From assembly GCA_964016885.1 (NCBI GenBank), contig OZ024740.1, positions 6,324,001 to 6,388,000 on the forward strand: DNA of 64,000 nt, in the 5' to 3' direction. The number at the start of each line of letters is the position of its first letter. The stretch's first letter is position 1. Source of the DNA: Eledone cirrhosa. Its lineage: Eukaryota. Positions 15,001 to 29,799 of this stretch are shown here, in pieces. The notes under the pieces were generated by a model. It did no database searches, was not told the origin of the DNA, and saw only the letters and a program-made list of their open reading frames with translations. A program made the translations under genes and the position numbers.

Positions 15001-18000
15001 TGTCCAGTTATTTCACAAGATTTCTTCTATTTTGTCCAGTTATTTCCCAAGATATATTCTACTTTGTCCAGTTATTTCACAAGATATATTCTACTTCGTC
15101 CAGACATTTCACAAGATATCTTCTACTTTATCCAGTTATTTCACAAGATATCTTCTATTTCGTCCAGTCATTTCACAAGATATCTTCTACTTTGTCCAGA
15201 CATTTCACAAGCTATCTTCTATTTTGTCCAGTTATTTCACAAGATAGCTTCTAATTTGTCCAGTTATTTCACAAGATATATTCTATTTTGTCCAGTTATT
15301 TCACAAGATATATTCTACTTTGTCCAGTTATTTCACAAGATATATTCTACTTTGTCCAGACATTTCACAAGATATCTTCTAATTTGTCCAGTTATTTCAC
15401 AAGATATCTTCTACTTTGTCCAGTTATTTCACAAGATATATTCTATTTTGTCCAGTCATTTCACAAGATATATTCTATTTTCTCCAGTTAATTCACAAGA
15501 TATCTCCTACTTGTCCAGTTATTTCACAAGATATATTCTACTTTGTCCAGTTATTCCACAAGATATCTTCTATTTTGTCCACTTATTTCACAAGATATCT
15601 TCTATTTTGTCCAGTTATTTCACAAGATATCTTCTACTTTGTCCAGTTATTCCACAAGATATCTTCTATTTTGTCCAGTTATTTCACAAGATATCTTCTA
15701 CTTTGTCCAGTTATTCCACAAGATATCTTCTATTTTGTCCAGTTATTTCACAAGATATCTTCTATTTTGTCCAGTTATTTCACAAGATATCTTCTACTTT
15801 GTCCAGTTATTCCACAAGATATCTTCTATTTTGTCCAGTTATTTCACAAGATATCTTCTACTTTGTTCAGACATTTCACAAGATATCTTCTACTTTGTCC
15901 AGTTATTTCACAAGATATATTCTACTTCGTCCAGACATTTCACAAGATATCTTCTATTTTGTCCAGTTATTTCACAAGATATCTTCTATTTCGTCCAGTC
16001 ATTTCACAAGATATTTTCTACTTTGTCCAGTTATTTCACAAGATATCTTCTATTTTGACCAGTTATTTCACAAGATATCTTCTATTTTGTCCAGTTATTT
16101 TACAAGATATATTCTACTTTCTCCAGTTATTTCACAAGATTTCTTCTATTTTGTCCAGTTATTTCCCAAGATATATTCTGCTTCGTCCAGACATTTCACA
16201 AGATATCTTCTATTTTGTCCAGTTATTTCACAAGATATCTTCTATTTCGTCCAGTCATTTCACAAGATATTTTCTACTTTGTCCAGTTATTTCACAAGAT
16301 ATCTTCTATTTTGACCAGTTATTTCACAAGATATCTTCTATTTCGTCCAGTCATTTCACAAGATATTTTCTACTTTGTCCAGTTATTTCACAAGATATCT
16401 TCTATTTTGACCAGTTATTTCACAAGATATCTTCTATTTTGTCCAGTTATTTTACAAGATATATTCTACTTTCTCCAGTTATTTCACAAGATTTCTTCTA
16501 TTTTGTCCAGTTATTTCCCAAGATATATTCTGCTTCGTCCAGACATTTCACAAGATATCTTCTATTTTGTCCAGTTATTTCACAAGATATCTTCTATTTC
16601 GTCCAGTCATTTCACAAGATATTTTCTACTTTGTCCAGTTATTTCACAAGATATCTTCTATTTTGACCAGTTATTTCACAAGATATCTTCTATTTTGTCC
16701 AGTTATTTCACAAGATATCTTCTACTTTGTCCAATCATTTCACATGATATATTCTACTTTGTCCAGTTATTTCACAAGATTTCTTCTATTTTGTCCAGTT
16801 ATTTCCCAAGATATATTCTACTTTGTCCAGTTATTTCACAAGATATATTCTACTTCGTCCAGACATTTCACAAGATATCTTCTACTTTATCCAGTTATTT
16901 CACAAGATATCTTCTATTTCGTCCAGTCATTTCACAAGATATCTTCTACTTTGTCCAGACATTTCACAAGCTATCTTCTATTTTGTCCAGTTATTTCACA
17001 AGATAGCTTCTAATTTGTCCAGTTATTTCACAAGATATATTCTATTTTGTCCAGTTATTTCACAAGATATATTCTACTTTGTCCAGTTATTTCACAAGAT
17101 ATATTCTACTTTGTCCAGACATTTCACAAGATATCTTCTAATTTGTCCAGTTATTTCACAAGATATCTTCTACTTTGTCCAGTTATTTCACAAGATATAT
17201 TCTATTTTGTCCAGTCATTTCACAAGATATATTCTATTTTCTCCAGTTAATTCACAAGATATCTCCTACTTGTCCAGTTATTTCACAAGATATATTCTAC
17301 TTTGTCCAGTTATTCCACAAGATATCTTCTATTTCGTCCACTTATTTCACAAGATATCTTCTATTTTGTCCAGTTATTTCACAAGATATCTTCTATTTTG
17401 TCCAGTCATTTCACAAGATATCTTCTACTTTGTTCAGTTATTCCACAAGATATCTTCTACTTTGTCCAGTTATTTCACAAGATATCTTCTCTTTTGACCA
17501 GTTATTTCACAAGATATCTTCTATTTTGTCCAGTTATTTCACTAGATATCTTCTACATTGTCCAGTTATTTCACAAGATATATTCTACTTTGTCCAGTTA
17601 TTTCACAAGATATATTCTACTTCGTCCAGACATTTCACAAGATATCTTCTACTTTATCCAGTTATTTCACAAGATATCTTCTCTTTCGTCCAGTCATTTC
17701 ACAAGATATCTTCTACTTTGTCCAGACATTTCACAAGCTATCTTCTATTTTGTCCAGTTATTTCACAAGATAGCTTCTAATTTGTCCAGTTATTTCACAA
17801 GATATATTCTATTTTGTCCAGTTATTTCACAAGATATATTCTACTTTGTCCAGTTATTTCACAAGATATATTCTACTTTGCCAGACATTTCACAAGATAT
17901 CTTCTAATTTGTCCAGTTATTTCACAAGATATCTTCTACTTTGTCCAGTTATTCCACAAGATATCTTCTATTTTGTCCACTTATTTCACAAGATATCTTC

Positions 18001-21000
18001 TATTTTGTCCAGTTATTTCACAAGATATCTTCTACTTTGTCCAGTTATTCCACAAGATATCTTCTATTTTGTCCAGTTATTTCACAAGATATCTTCTACT
18101 TTGTCCAGTTATTCCACAAGATATCTTCTATTTTGTCCAGTTATTTCACAAGATATCTTCTATTTTGTCCAGTTATTTCACAAGATATCTTCTACTTTGT
18201 CCAGTTATTCCACAAGATATCTTCTATTTTGTCCAGTTATTTCACAAGATATCTTCTACTTTGTTCAGACATTTCACAAGATATCTTCTACTTTGTCCAG
18301 TTATTTCACAAGATATATTCTACTTCGTCCAGACATTTCACAAGATATCTTCTATTTTGTCCAGTTATTTCACAAGATATCTTCTACTTTGTTCAGTTAT
18401 TCCACAAGATATCTTCTACTTTGTCCAGTTATTTCACAAGATATCTTCTCTTTTGACCAGTTATTTCACAAGATATCTTCTATTTTGTCCAGTTATTTCA
18501 CTAGATATCTTCTACATTGTCCAGTTATTTCACAAGATATATTCTACTTTGTCCAGTTATTTCACAAGATATATTCTACTTCGTCCAGACATTTCACAAG
18601 ATATCTTCTACTTTATCCAGTTATTTCACAAGATATCTTCTATTTCGTCCAGTCATTTCACAAGATATCTTCTACTTTGTCCAGACATTTCACAAGCTAT
18701 CTTCTATTTTGTCCAGTTATTTCACAAGATAGCTTCTAATTTGTCCAGTTATTTCACAAGATATATTCTATTTTGTCCAGTTATTTCACAAGATATATTC
18801 TACTTTGTCCAGTTATTTCACAAGATATATTCTACTTTGTCCAGACATTTCACAAGATATCTTCTAATTTGTCCAGTTATTTCACAAGATATCTTCTACT
18901 TTGTCCAGTTATTTCACAAGATATATTCTATTTTGTCCAGTCATTTCACAAGATATATTCTATTTTCTCCAGTTAATTCACAAGATATCTCCTACTTGTC
19001 CAGTCATTTCACAAGATATCTTCTACTTTGTTCAGTTATTCCACAAGATATCTTCTACTTTGTCCAGTTATTTCACAAGATATCTTCTCTTTTGACCAGT
19101 TATTTCACAAGATATCTTCTATTTTGTCCAGTTATTTCACTAGATATCTTCTACATTGTCCAGTTATTTCACAAGATATATTCTACTTTGTCCAGTTATT
19201 TCACAAGATATATTCTACTTCGTCCAGACATTTCACAAGATATCTTCTACTTTATCCAGTTATTTCACAAGATATCTTCTCTTTCGTCCAGTCATTTCAC
19301 AAGATATCTTCTACTTTGTCCAGACATTTCACAAGCTATCTTCTATTTTGTCCAGTTATTTCACAAGATAGCTTCTAATTTGTCCAGTTATTTCACAAGA
19401 TATATTCTAGTTTGTCCAGTTATTTCACAAGATATATTCTACTTTGTCCAGTTATTTCACAAGATATATTCTACTTTGTCCAGACATTTCACAAGATATC
19501 TTCTAATTTGTCCAGTTATTTCACAAGATATCTTCTACTTTGTCCAGTTATTCCACAAGATATCTTCTATTTTGTCCACTTATTTCACAAGATATCTTCT
19601 ATTTTGTCCAGTTATTTCACAAGATATCTTCTACTTTGTCCAGTTATTCCACAAGATATCTTCTATTTTGTCCAGTTATTTCACAAGATATCTTCTACTT
19701 TGTCCAGTTATTCCACAAGATATCTTCTATTTTGTCCAGTTATTTCACAAGATATCTTCTATTTTGTCCAGTTATTTCACAAGATATCTTCTACTTTGTC
19801 CAGTTATTCCACAAGATATCTTCTTATTTGTCCAGTTATTTCACAAGATAGCTTCTACTTTGTTCAGACATTTCACAAGATATCTTCTACTTTGTCCAGT
19901 TATTTCACAAGATATATTCTACTTCGTCCAGACATTTCACAAGATATCTTCTATTTTGTCCAGTTATTTCACAAGATATCTTCTATTTCGTCCAGTCATT
20001 TCACAAGATATTTTCTACTTTGTCCAGTTATTTCACAAGATATCTTCTATTTTGACCAGTTATTTCACAAGATATCTTCTATTTTGTCCAGTTATTTCAC
20101 AAGATATCTTCTACATTGTCCAGTTATTTTACAAGATATATTCTACTTTCTCCAGTTATTTCACAAGATTTCTTCTATTTTGTCCAGTTATTTCCCAAGA
20201 TATATTCTACTTCGTCCAGACATTTCACAAGATATCTTCTATTTTGTCCAGTTATTTCACAAGATATCTTCTATTTCGTCCAGTCATTTCACAAGATATT
20301 TTCTACTTCGTCCAGTTATTTCACAAGATATCTTCTATTTTGACCAGTTATTTCACAAGATATCTTCTATTTTGTCCAGTTATTTCACAAGATATCTTCT
20401 ACTTTGTCCAGTTATTCCACAAGATATCTTCTATTTTGTCCAGTTATTTCACAAGATATCTTCTACTTTGTCCAGTTATTCCACAAGATATCTTCTATTT
20501 TGTCCAGTTATTTCACAAGATATCTTCTACTTTGTCCAGTTATTCCACAAGATATCTTCTATTTTGTCCAGTTATTTCACAAGATATCTTCTATTTTGTC
20601 CAGTTATTTCACAAGATATCTTCTACTTTGTCCAGTTATTCCACAAGATATCTTCTATTTTGTCCAGTTATTTCACAAGATATCTTCTACTTTGTCCAGT
20701 TATTTCACAAGATATATTCTACTTCGTCCAGTTATTTCACAAGATTTCTTCTATTTTGTCCAGTTATTTCCCAAGATATATTCTACTTTGTCCAGTCATT
20801 TCACAAGATATATTCTATTTTGTCCAGTTATTTCACAAGATATCTTCTACTTTGTCCAGTTATTCCACAAGATATCTTCTATTTTGTCCAGTTATTTCAC
20901 AAGATATCTTCTATTTTGTCCATTTATTTCACAAGATATCTTCTATTTCGTCCAGTCATTTCACAAGATATCTTCTACTTTGTCCAGTTATTTCACAAGA

Positions 21001-24000
21001 TATCTTCTATTTTGACCAGTTATTTCACAAGATATCTTCTATTTTGTCCAGTTATGTGACAAGATATCTTCTACATTATCCAGTTATTTCGCAAGATATA
21101 TTCTACTTTCTCCAGTTATTTCACAAGATTTCTTCTATTTTGTCCAGTTATTTGACAAGATATCTTCTACTTTGTCCAATCATTTCACAAGATATATTCT
21201 ACTTTGTCTAGTTATTTCACAAGATTTCTTCTATTTTCTCCAGTTATTTCCCAAGATATATTCTACTTTGTCCAGTCATTTCATAAGATATATTCTATTT
21301 TGTCCAATCATTTCACAAGATATCTTCTACATTGTCCAGTTATTCCACAAGATATCTTCTATTTTGTCCAGTTATTTCACAAGATATCTTCTACTTTGTC
21401 CAGTTATTCCACAAGATATCTTCTATTTTGTCCAGTTATTTCACAAGATATCTTCTACTTTGTCTAGTTATTCCACAAGATATCTTCTATTTTGTCCAGT
21501 TATTTCACAAGATATCTTCTATTTTGTCCAGTCATTTCACAAGATATCTTCTACTTTGTTCAGTTATTCCACAAGATATCTTCTACTTTGTCCAGTTATT
21601 TCACAAGATATCTTCTCTTTTGACCAGTTATTTCACAAGATATCTTCTAATTTGTCCAGTTATTTCACAAGATATATTCTATTTTGTCCAGTTATTTCAC
21701 AAGATATATTCTACTTTGTCCAGTTATTTCACAAGATATATTCTACTTTGTCCAGACATTTCACAAGATATCTTCTAATTTGTCCAGTTATTTCACAAGA
21801 TATCTTCTACTTTGTCCAGTTATTTCACAAGATATATTCTATTTTGTCCAGTCATTTTACAAGATATATTCTATTTTCTCCAGTTAATTCACAAGATATC
21901 TCCTACTTGTCCAGTTATTTCACAAGATATATTCTACTTTGTCCAGTTATTCCACAAGATATCTTCTATTTTGTCCACTTATTTCACAAGATATCTTCTA
22001 TTTTGTCCAGTTATTTCACAAGATATCTTCTACTTTGTCCAGTTATTCCACAAGATATCTTCTATTTTGTCCAGTTATTTCACAAGATATCTTCTACTTT
22101 GTCCAGTTATTCCACAAGATATCTTCTATTTTGTCCAGTTATTTCACAAGATATCTTCTATTTTGTCCAGTTATTTCACAAGATATCTTCTATTTTGTCC
22201 AGTCATTTCACAAGATATCTTCTACTTTGTTCAGTTATTCCACAAGATATCTTCTACTTTGTCCATATATTTCACAAGATATCTTCTCTTTTGACCAGTT
22301 ATTTCACTAGATATCTTCTACATTGTCCAGTTATTTCACAAGATATATTCTACTTTGTCCAGTTATTTCACAAGATATATTCTACTTCGTCCAGACATTT
22401 CACAAGATATCTTCTCTTTTGACCAGTTATTTCACTAGATATCTTCTACATTGTCCAGTTATTTCCCAAGATATATTCTACTTTGTCCAGTCATTTCATA
22501 AGATATATTCTATTTTGTCCAATCATTTCACAAGATATCTTCTACATTGTCCAGTTATTCCACAAGATATCTTCTATTTTGTCCAGTTATTTCACAAGAT
22601 ATCTTCTACTTTGTCCAGTTATTCCACAAGATATATTCTACTTTGTCCAGACATTTCACAAGATATCTTCTAATTTGTCCAGTTATTTCACAAGATATAT
22701 TCTACTTCGTCCAGGCATTTCACAAGATATCTTCTACTTTATCCAGTTATTTCACAAGATATCTTCTCTTTCGTCCAGTCATTTCACAAGATATCTTCTA
22801 CTTTGTCCAGACATTTCACAAGCTATCTTCTATTTTGTCCAGTTATTTCACAAGATAGCTTCTAATTTGTCCAGTTATTTCACAAGATATATTCTATTTT
22901 GTCCAGTTATTTCACAAGATATATTCTACTTTGTCCAGTTATTTCACAAGATATATTCTACTTTGTCCAGACATTTCACAAGATATCTTCTAATTTGTCC
23001 AGTTATTTCACAAGATATCTTCTACTTTGTCCAGTTATTTCACAAGATATATTCTATTTTGTCCAGTCATTTCACAAGATATATTCTATTTTCTCCAGTT
23101 AATTCACAAGATATCTCCTACTTGTCCAGTTATTTCACAAGATATCTTCTACTTTGTTCAGACATTTCACAAGATATCTTCTACTTTGTCCAGTTATTTC
23201 ACAAGATATATTCTACTTCGTCCAGACATTTCACAAGATATCTTCTATTTTGTCCAGTTATTTCACAAGATATCTTCTATTTCGTCCAGTCATTTCACAA
23301 GATATTTTCTACTTTGTCCAGTTATTTCACAAGATATCTTCTATTTTGACCAGTTATTTCACAAGATATCTTCTATTTTGTCCAGTTATTTTACAAGATA
23401 TATTCTACTTTCTCCAGTTATTTCACAAGATTTCTTCTATTTTGTCCAGTTATTTCCCAAGATATATTCTGCTTCGTCCAGACATTTCACAAGATATCTT
23501 CTATTTTGTCCAGTTATTTCACAAGATATCTTCTATTTCGTCCAGTCATTTCACAAGATATTTTCTACTTTGTCCAGTTATTTCACAAGATATCTTCTAT
23601 TTTGACCAGTTATTTCACAAGATATCTTCTATTTTGTCCAGTTATTTCACAAGATATCTTCTACTTTGTCCAATCATTTCACATGATATATTCTACTTTG
23701 TCCAGTTATTTCACAAGATTTCTTCTATTTTGTCCAGTTATTTCCCAAGATATATTCTACTTTGTCCAGTCATTTCACAAGATATATTCTATTTTGTCCA
23801 ATCATTTCACAAGATATCTTCTACATTGTCCAGTTATTCCACAAGATATCTTCTATTTTGTCCAGTTATTTCACAAGATATCTTCTACTTTGTCCAGTTA
23901 TTCCACAAGATATCTTCTATTTTGTCCAGTTATTTCACAAGATATCTTCTACTTTGTCCAGTTATTCCACAAGATATCTTCTATTTTGTCCAGTTATTTC

Positions 24001-27000
24001 ACAAGATATCTTCTACTTTGTCCAGTTATTCCACAAGATATCTTCTATTTTGTCCAGTTATTTCACAAGATATCTTCTATTTTGTCCAGTTATTTCCCAA
24101 GATATCTTCTACTTTGTCCAGTTATTCCACAAGATATCTTCTATTTTGTCCAGTTATTTCACAAGATATCTTCTACTTTGTCCAGTTATTTCACAAGATA
24201 TATTCTACTTCGTCCAGTTATTTCACAAGATTTCTTCTATTTTGTCCAGTTATTTCCCAAGATATATTCTACTTTGTCCAGTCATTTCACAAGATATATT
24301 CTATTTTGTCCAGTTATTTCACAAGATATCTTCTACTTTGTCCAGTTATTCCACAAGATATCTTCTACTTTGTCCAGTTATTTCACAAGATATCTTCTAT
24401 TTTGACCAGTTATTTCACAAGATATCTTCGATATTGTCCAGTCATTTCGCAAGATATCTTCTACTTTGTCTTGTTATTTCACAAGATGTCTACTACTTTA
24501 CCCAATCATTTCACTAGATATCTTCTATTTTGTCCAGTTATTTCACAAGATATCTTATACATTATCCAGTTATTTCGCAAGATATATTCTACTTTCTCCA
24601 GTTATTTCACAAGATTTCTTCTATTTTGTCCAGTTATTTGAGAAGATATCTTCTACTTTGTCCAATCATTTCACAAGATATATTCTACTTTGTCTAGTTA
24701 TTTCACAAGATTTCTTCTATTTTGTCCAGTTATTTCCCAAGATATATTCTACTTTGTCCAGTCATTTCATAAGATATATTCTATTTTGTCCAATCATTTC
24801 ACAAGATATCTTCTACATTGCCCAGTTATTCCACAAGATATCTTCTATTTTGTCCAGTTATTTCACAAGATATCTTCTATTTTGTCCAGTTATTTCACAA
24901 GATATCTTCTACTTTGTCCAGTTATTCCACAAGATATCTTCTACTTTGTCCAGTTATTTCACAAGATATCTTCTATTTTGTCCAGTTATTTCACAAGATA
25001 TCTTCTATTTTGTCCAGTTATTTCACAAGATATCTTCTATTTTGTCCAGTCATTTCACAAGATATCTTCTACTTTGTTCAGTTATTCCACAAGATATCTT
25101 CTACTTTGTCCAGTTATTTCACAAGATATCTTCTCTTTTGACCAGTTATTTCACAAGATATCTTCTATTTTGTCCAGTTATTTCATTAGATATCTTCTAC
25201 ATTGTCCAGTTATTTCAGAAGATATATTCTACTTTGTCCAGTTATTTCACAAGATATATTCTACTTCGTCCAGACATTTCACAAGATATCTTCTACTTTA
25301 TCCAGTTATTTCACAAGATATCTTCTATTTCGTCCAGTCATTTCACAAGATATCTTCTACTTTGTCCAGACATTTCACAAGCTATCTTCTATTTTGTCCA
25401 GTTATTTCACAAGATAGCTTCTAATTTGTCCAGTTATTTCACAAGATATATTCTATTTTGTCCAGTTATTTCACAAGATATATTCTACTTTGTCCAGTTA
25501 TTTCACAAGATATATTCTACTTTGTCCAGACATTTCACAAGATATCTTCTAATTTGTCCAGTTATTTCACAAGATATCTTCTACTTTGTCCAGTTATTTC
25601 ACAAGATATATTCTATTTTGTCCAGTCATTTCACAAGATATATTCTATTTTCTCCAGTTAATTCACAAGATATCTCCTACTTGTCCAGTTATTTCACAAG
25701 ATATATTCTACTTTGTCCAGTTATTCCACAAGATATCTTCTATTTTGTCCACTTATTTCACAAGATATCTTCTATTTTGTCCAGTTATTTCACAAGATAT
25801 CTTCTACTTTGTCCAGTTATTCCACAAGATATCCTCTATTTTGTCCAGTTATTTCACAAGATATCTTCTACTTTGTCCAGTTATTCCACAAGATATCTTC
25901 TATTTTGTCCAGTTATTTCACAAGATATCTTCTATTTTGTCCAGTTATTTCACAAGATATCTTCTATTTTGTCCAGTCATTTCACAAGATATCTTCTACT
26001 TTGTTCAGTTATTCCACAAGATATCTTCTACTTTGTCCAGTTATTTCACAAGATATCTTCTCTTTTGACCAGTTATTTCACAAGATATCTTCTATTTTGT
26101 CCAGTTATTTCACTAGATATCTTCTACATTGTCCAGTTATTTCACAAGATATATTCTACTTTGTCCAGTTATTTCACAAGATATATTCTACTTCGTCCAG
26201 ACATTTCACAAGATATCTTCTACTTTATCCAGTTATTTCACAAGATATCTTCTCTTTCGTCCAGTCATTTCACAAGATATCTTCTACTTTGTCCAGACAT
26301 TTCACAAGCTATCTTCTATTTTGTCCAGTTATTTCACAAGATAGCTTCTAATTTGTCCAGTTATTTCACAAGATATATTCTATTTTGTCCAGTTATTTCA
26401 CAAGATATATTCTACTTTGTCCAGTTATTTCAGAAGATATATTCTACTTTGTCCAGACATTTCACAAGATATCTTCTAATTTGTCCAGTTATTTCACAAG
26501 ATATCTTCTACTTTGTCCAGTTATTTCACAAGATATATTCTATTTTGTCCAGTCATTTCACAAGATATATTCTATTTTCTCCAGTTAATTCACAAGATAT
26601 CTCCTACTTGTCCAGTTATTTCACAAGATATATTCTACTTTGTCCAGTTATTCCACAAGATATCTTCTATTTTGTCCACTTATTTCACAAGATATCTTCT
26701 ATTTTGTCCAGTTATTTCACAAGATATCTTCTACTTTGTCCAGTTATTCCACAAGATATCTTCTATTTTGTCCAGTTATTTCACAAGATATCTTCTACTT
26801 TGTCCAGTTATTCCACAAGATATCTTCTATTTTGTCCAGTTATTTCACAAGATATATTCTACTTCGTCCAGACATTTCACAAGATATCTTCTATTTTGTC
26901 CAGTTATTTCACAAGATATCTTCTATTTCGTCCAGTCATTTCACAAGATATTTTCTACTTTGTCCAGTTATTTCACAAGATATCTTCTATTTTGACCAGT

Positions 27001-28840
27001 TATTTCACAAGATATCTTCTATTTTGTCCAGTTATTTCACAAGATATCTTCTACTTTGTCCAATCATTTCACAAGATATATTCTACTTTGTCCAGTTATT
27101 TCTCAAGATTTCTTCTATTTTGTCCAGTTATTTCCCAAGATATATTCTACTTTGTCCAGTCATTTCACAAGACATATTCTATTTTGTCCAATCATTTCAC
27201 AAGATATCTTCTACATTGTCCAGTTATTTCACAAGATATCTTCTATTTTGTCCAGTTATTTCACAAGATATCTTCTACTTTGTCCAGTTATTCCACAAGA
27301 TATCTTCTATTTTGTCCAGTTATTTCACAAGATATCTTCTACTTTGTCCAGTTATTCCACAAGATATCTTCTATTTTGTCCAGTTATTTCACAAGATATC
27401 TTCTACTTTGTCCAGTTATTCCACAAGATATCTTCTATTTTGTCCAGTTATTTCACAAGATATCTTCTACTTTGTCCAGTTATTCCACAAGATATCTTCT
27501 ATTTTGTCCAGTTATTTCACAAGATATCTTCTACTTTGTCCAGACATTTCACAAGATATCTTCTACTTTGTCCAGTTATTTCACAAGATATATTCTACTT
27601 CGTCCAGACATTTCACAAGATATCTTCTATTTTGTCCAGTTATTTCACAAGATATCTTCTATTTCGTCCAGTCATTTCACAAGATATCTTCTACTTTGTC
27701 CAGTTATTTCACAAGATATCTTCTATTTTGACCAGTTATTTCACAAGATATCTTCTATTTTGTCCAGTTATTTCACAAGATATCTTCTACATTGTCCAGT
27801 TATTTCACAAGATATATTCTACTTTCTCCAGTTATTTCACAAGATTTCTTCTATTTTGTCCAGTTATTTGACAAGATATCTTTTACTTTGTCCAATCATT
27901 TCACAAGATATATTCTACTTTGTCTAGTTATTTCACAAGATTTCTTCTATTTTGTCCAGTTATTTCCCAAGATATATTCTACTTTGTCCAGTCATTTCAC
28001 AAGATATATTCTATTTTGTCCAATCATTTCACAAGATATCTTCTACATTGTCCAGTTATTCCACAAGATATCTTCTATTTTGTCCAGTTATTTCACAAGA
28101 TATCTTCTATTTTGTCCAGTTATTTCACAAGATATCTTCTACTTTGTCCAGTTATTCCACAAGATATCTTCTACTTTGTCCAGTTATTTCACAAGATATC
28201 TTCTATTTTGTCCAGTTATTTCACAAGATATCTTCTATTTTGTCCAGTTATTTCACAAGATATCTTCTATTTTGTCCAGTCATTTCACAAGATATCTTCT
28301 ACTTTGTTCAGTTATTCCACAAGATATCTTCTACTTTGTCCAGTTATTTCACAAGATATCTTCTCTTTTGACCAGTTATTTCACAAGATATCTTCTATTT
28401 TGTCCAGTTATTTCACTAGATATCTTCTACATTGTCCAGTTATTTCACAAGATATATTCTACTTTCCCCAGTTATTTCACAAGATTTCTTCTATTTTGTC
28501 CAGTTATTTCACAAGATATCTTCTACTTTGTCCAGTTGTTTCACAAGATTTCTTCTATTCTGTCCAGTTATTTCACAAGATATCTTCTACTTTGTCCAAT
28601 CATTTCACAAGATATATTCTACCTTGTCCAGTTATTTCACAAGATTTCTTCTATTTTGTCCAGTTATTTCCCAAGATATATTCTACTTTGTCCAGTCATT
28701 ACACAAGATATATTCTATTTTGTCCAGTTATTTCACAAGATATATTCTATTATGTCCAGTAATTTCACAAGATTTATTCTATTTTGTCCAGTTATTTCAC
28801 AAGATTTCTTCTATTTTGTGCAGTAACTTCACAAGATATA
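1..28840. repeat. 32-bp tandem satellite, consensus GTTATTTCACAAGATATCTTCTATTTTGTCCA, ~900 monomers, one orientation, continues past window start
   Basis: Continuous 32-bp periodicity read directly. Recurrent variants include ATATATT/ATATCTT, CTACTTT/CTATTTT, GTCATT, GACATT and TTCCAC. Internal palindrome AAGATATCTT. Array ends at ...ttcacaagatatatataaaa near 28840. Confidence 0.99.
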
Positions 28841-28999
28841 TATAAAAAAATAAGACTTCAGTTGCATTTTCGATTTCATCCCTTTTTCTTTATACTTCCA
28901 CTCGTGTAGGACACCTCGGTTATTTTTCATTTTGTAAAAAAAACCTCACTTTCTAATATATATATATATATATAGATGTGTGTGCGTCTCAGATTTTAG

Positions 29000-29310
29000 A
29001 ATAGGTGCACCATATCTCTACATGCTGGAAGAGGTAACTAAAAGGGTTGACCCCAGGAAGGGTAATACCATAAAATATTGCTTCAAAGCACCCCATCAAA
29101 CCCATATCAGCACGGAAAAGTGGACATAAAAACGATGATGACCATCATCATCGTTTAATGCCCAATTTCCACACTTAGGTTAGGCAGGTTGTCGCATTAA
29201 GAGGCAATTCAGGTTTCGTGACAAGGTCTTGCTTATATAGTTCTGTATTTTGGTTGTTTCTATGGCTGTCTGCTCTTCCTAATACCAACCACATTACAGT
29301 GTGGAAAATG
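29000..29310. mobile_element. Two RTE-type 3'-end fragments arranged tail-to-tail
   Basis: + copy ends ggaaaagtggacataaaacgatgatga (~29140). An inverted copy follows at once: catcatcatcgtttaatgcccaatttcc...tttctatggctgtctgctcttcctaataccaaccacattacag. This resembles the 3' end of the RTE at 38452-38620. Confidence 0.65.
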
Positions 29311-29799
29311 GTGGTATATATGCCAAGTTTCTACAGTTTCTATCTAACAACCCAAGTAGAGACATGGGGAGTAGAATCAGCAGATAATCTTGAATTAATC
29401 ACACCAACTTTATACAACAAAAGAGGCAAGAAAAATGAATTAAAAGAAAGTTGATTGAATTTACACAAATGTTATGCTTGTGCACTTTTATATACATCTC
29501 TAGGACACAATTTCATATAATCGCTAGATTTTCTGCATAACATTAAATTTCTGCAAGAAGCCACAAATATATGGCAATGGCTTTTTTTGTTGTATTTTTT
29601 CGTTTTGTATTTTATTTTCCATCGTTTCTTGTCTCTAAACACTGACTGAAGATATCTGAGAGGAGCTTGGAGAGCCAACAGACCTGGCAGTGTATACTGC
29701 TTTAACTTGTAGACATTTTTCTTTGAAACAGAAGAGAAGCAAATGAAGAGTTTGTTTGCCAATAGATGTCTTCTGAAGCCAAATCACATTATTAAGGGC

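Noticed and set aside
1-28840. CRISPR array (32-bp repeat with internal palindrome)
   Set aside because: Monomers are head-to-tail with no unique spacers, there are no cas genes, and the context is eukaryotic.
58-28845. Many long + strand ORFs (up to 1153 aa) repeating SSYFTRYLLFCPVISQDIFYFVQLFHKISSIL
   Set aside because: The consensus monomer lacks TAA/TAG/TGA on this strand and 32 is not a multiple of 3, so all three frames are equally open. Starts are mostly TTG, 1-bp indels are freely tolerated, and no frame is preferred.
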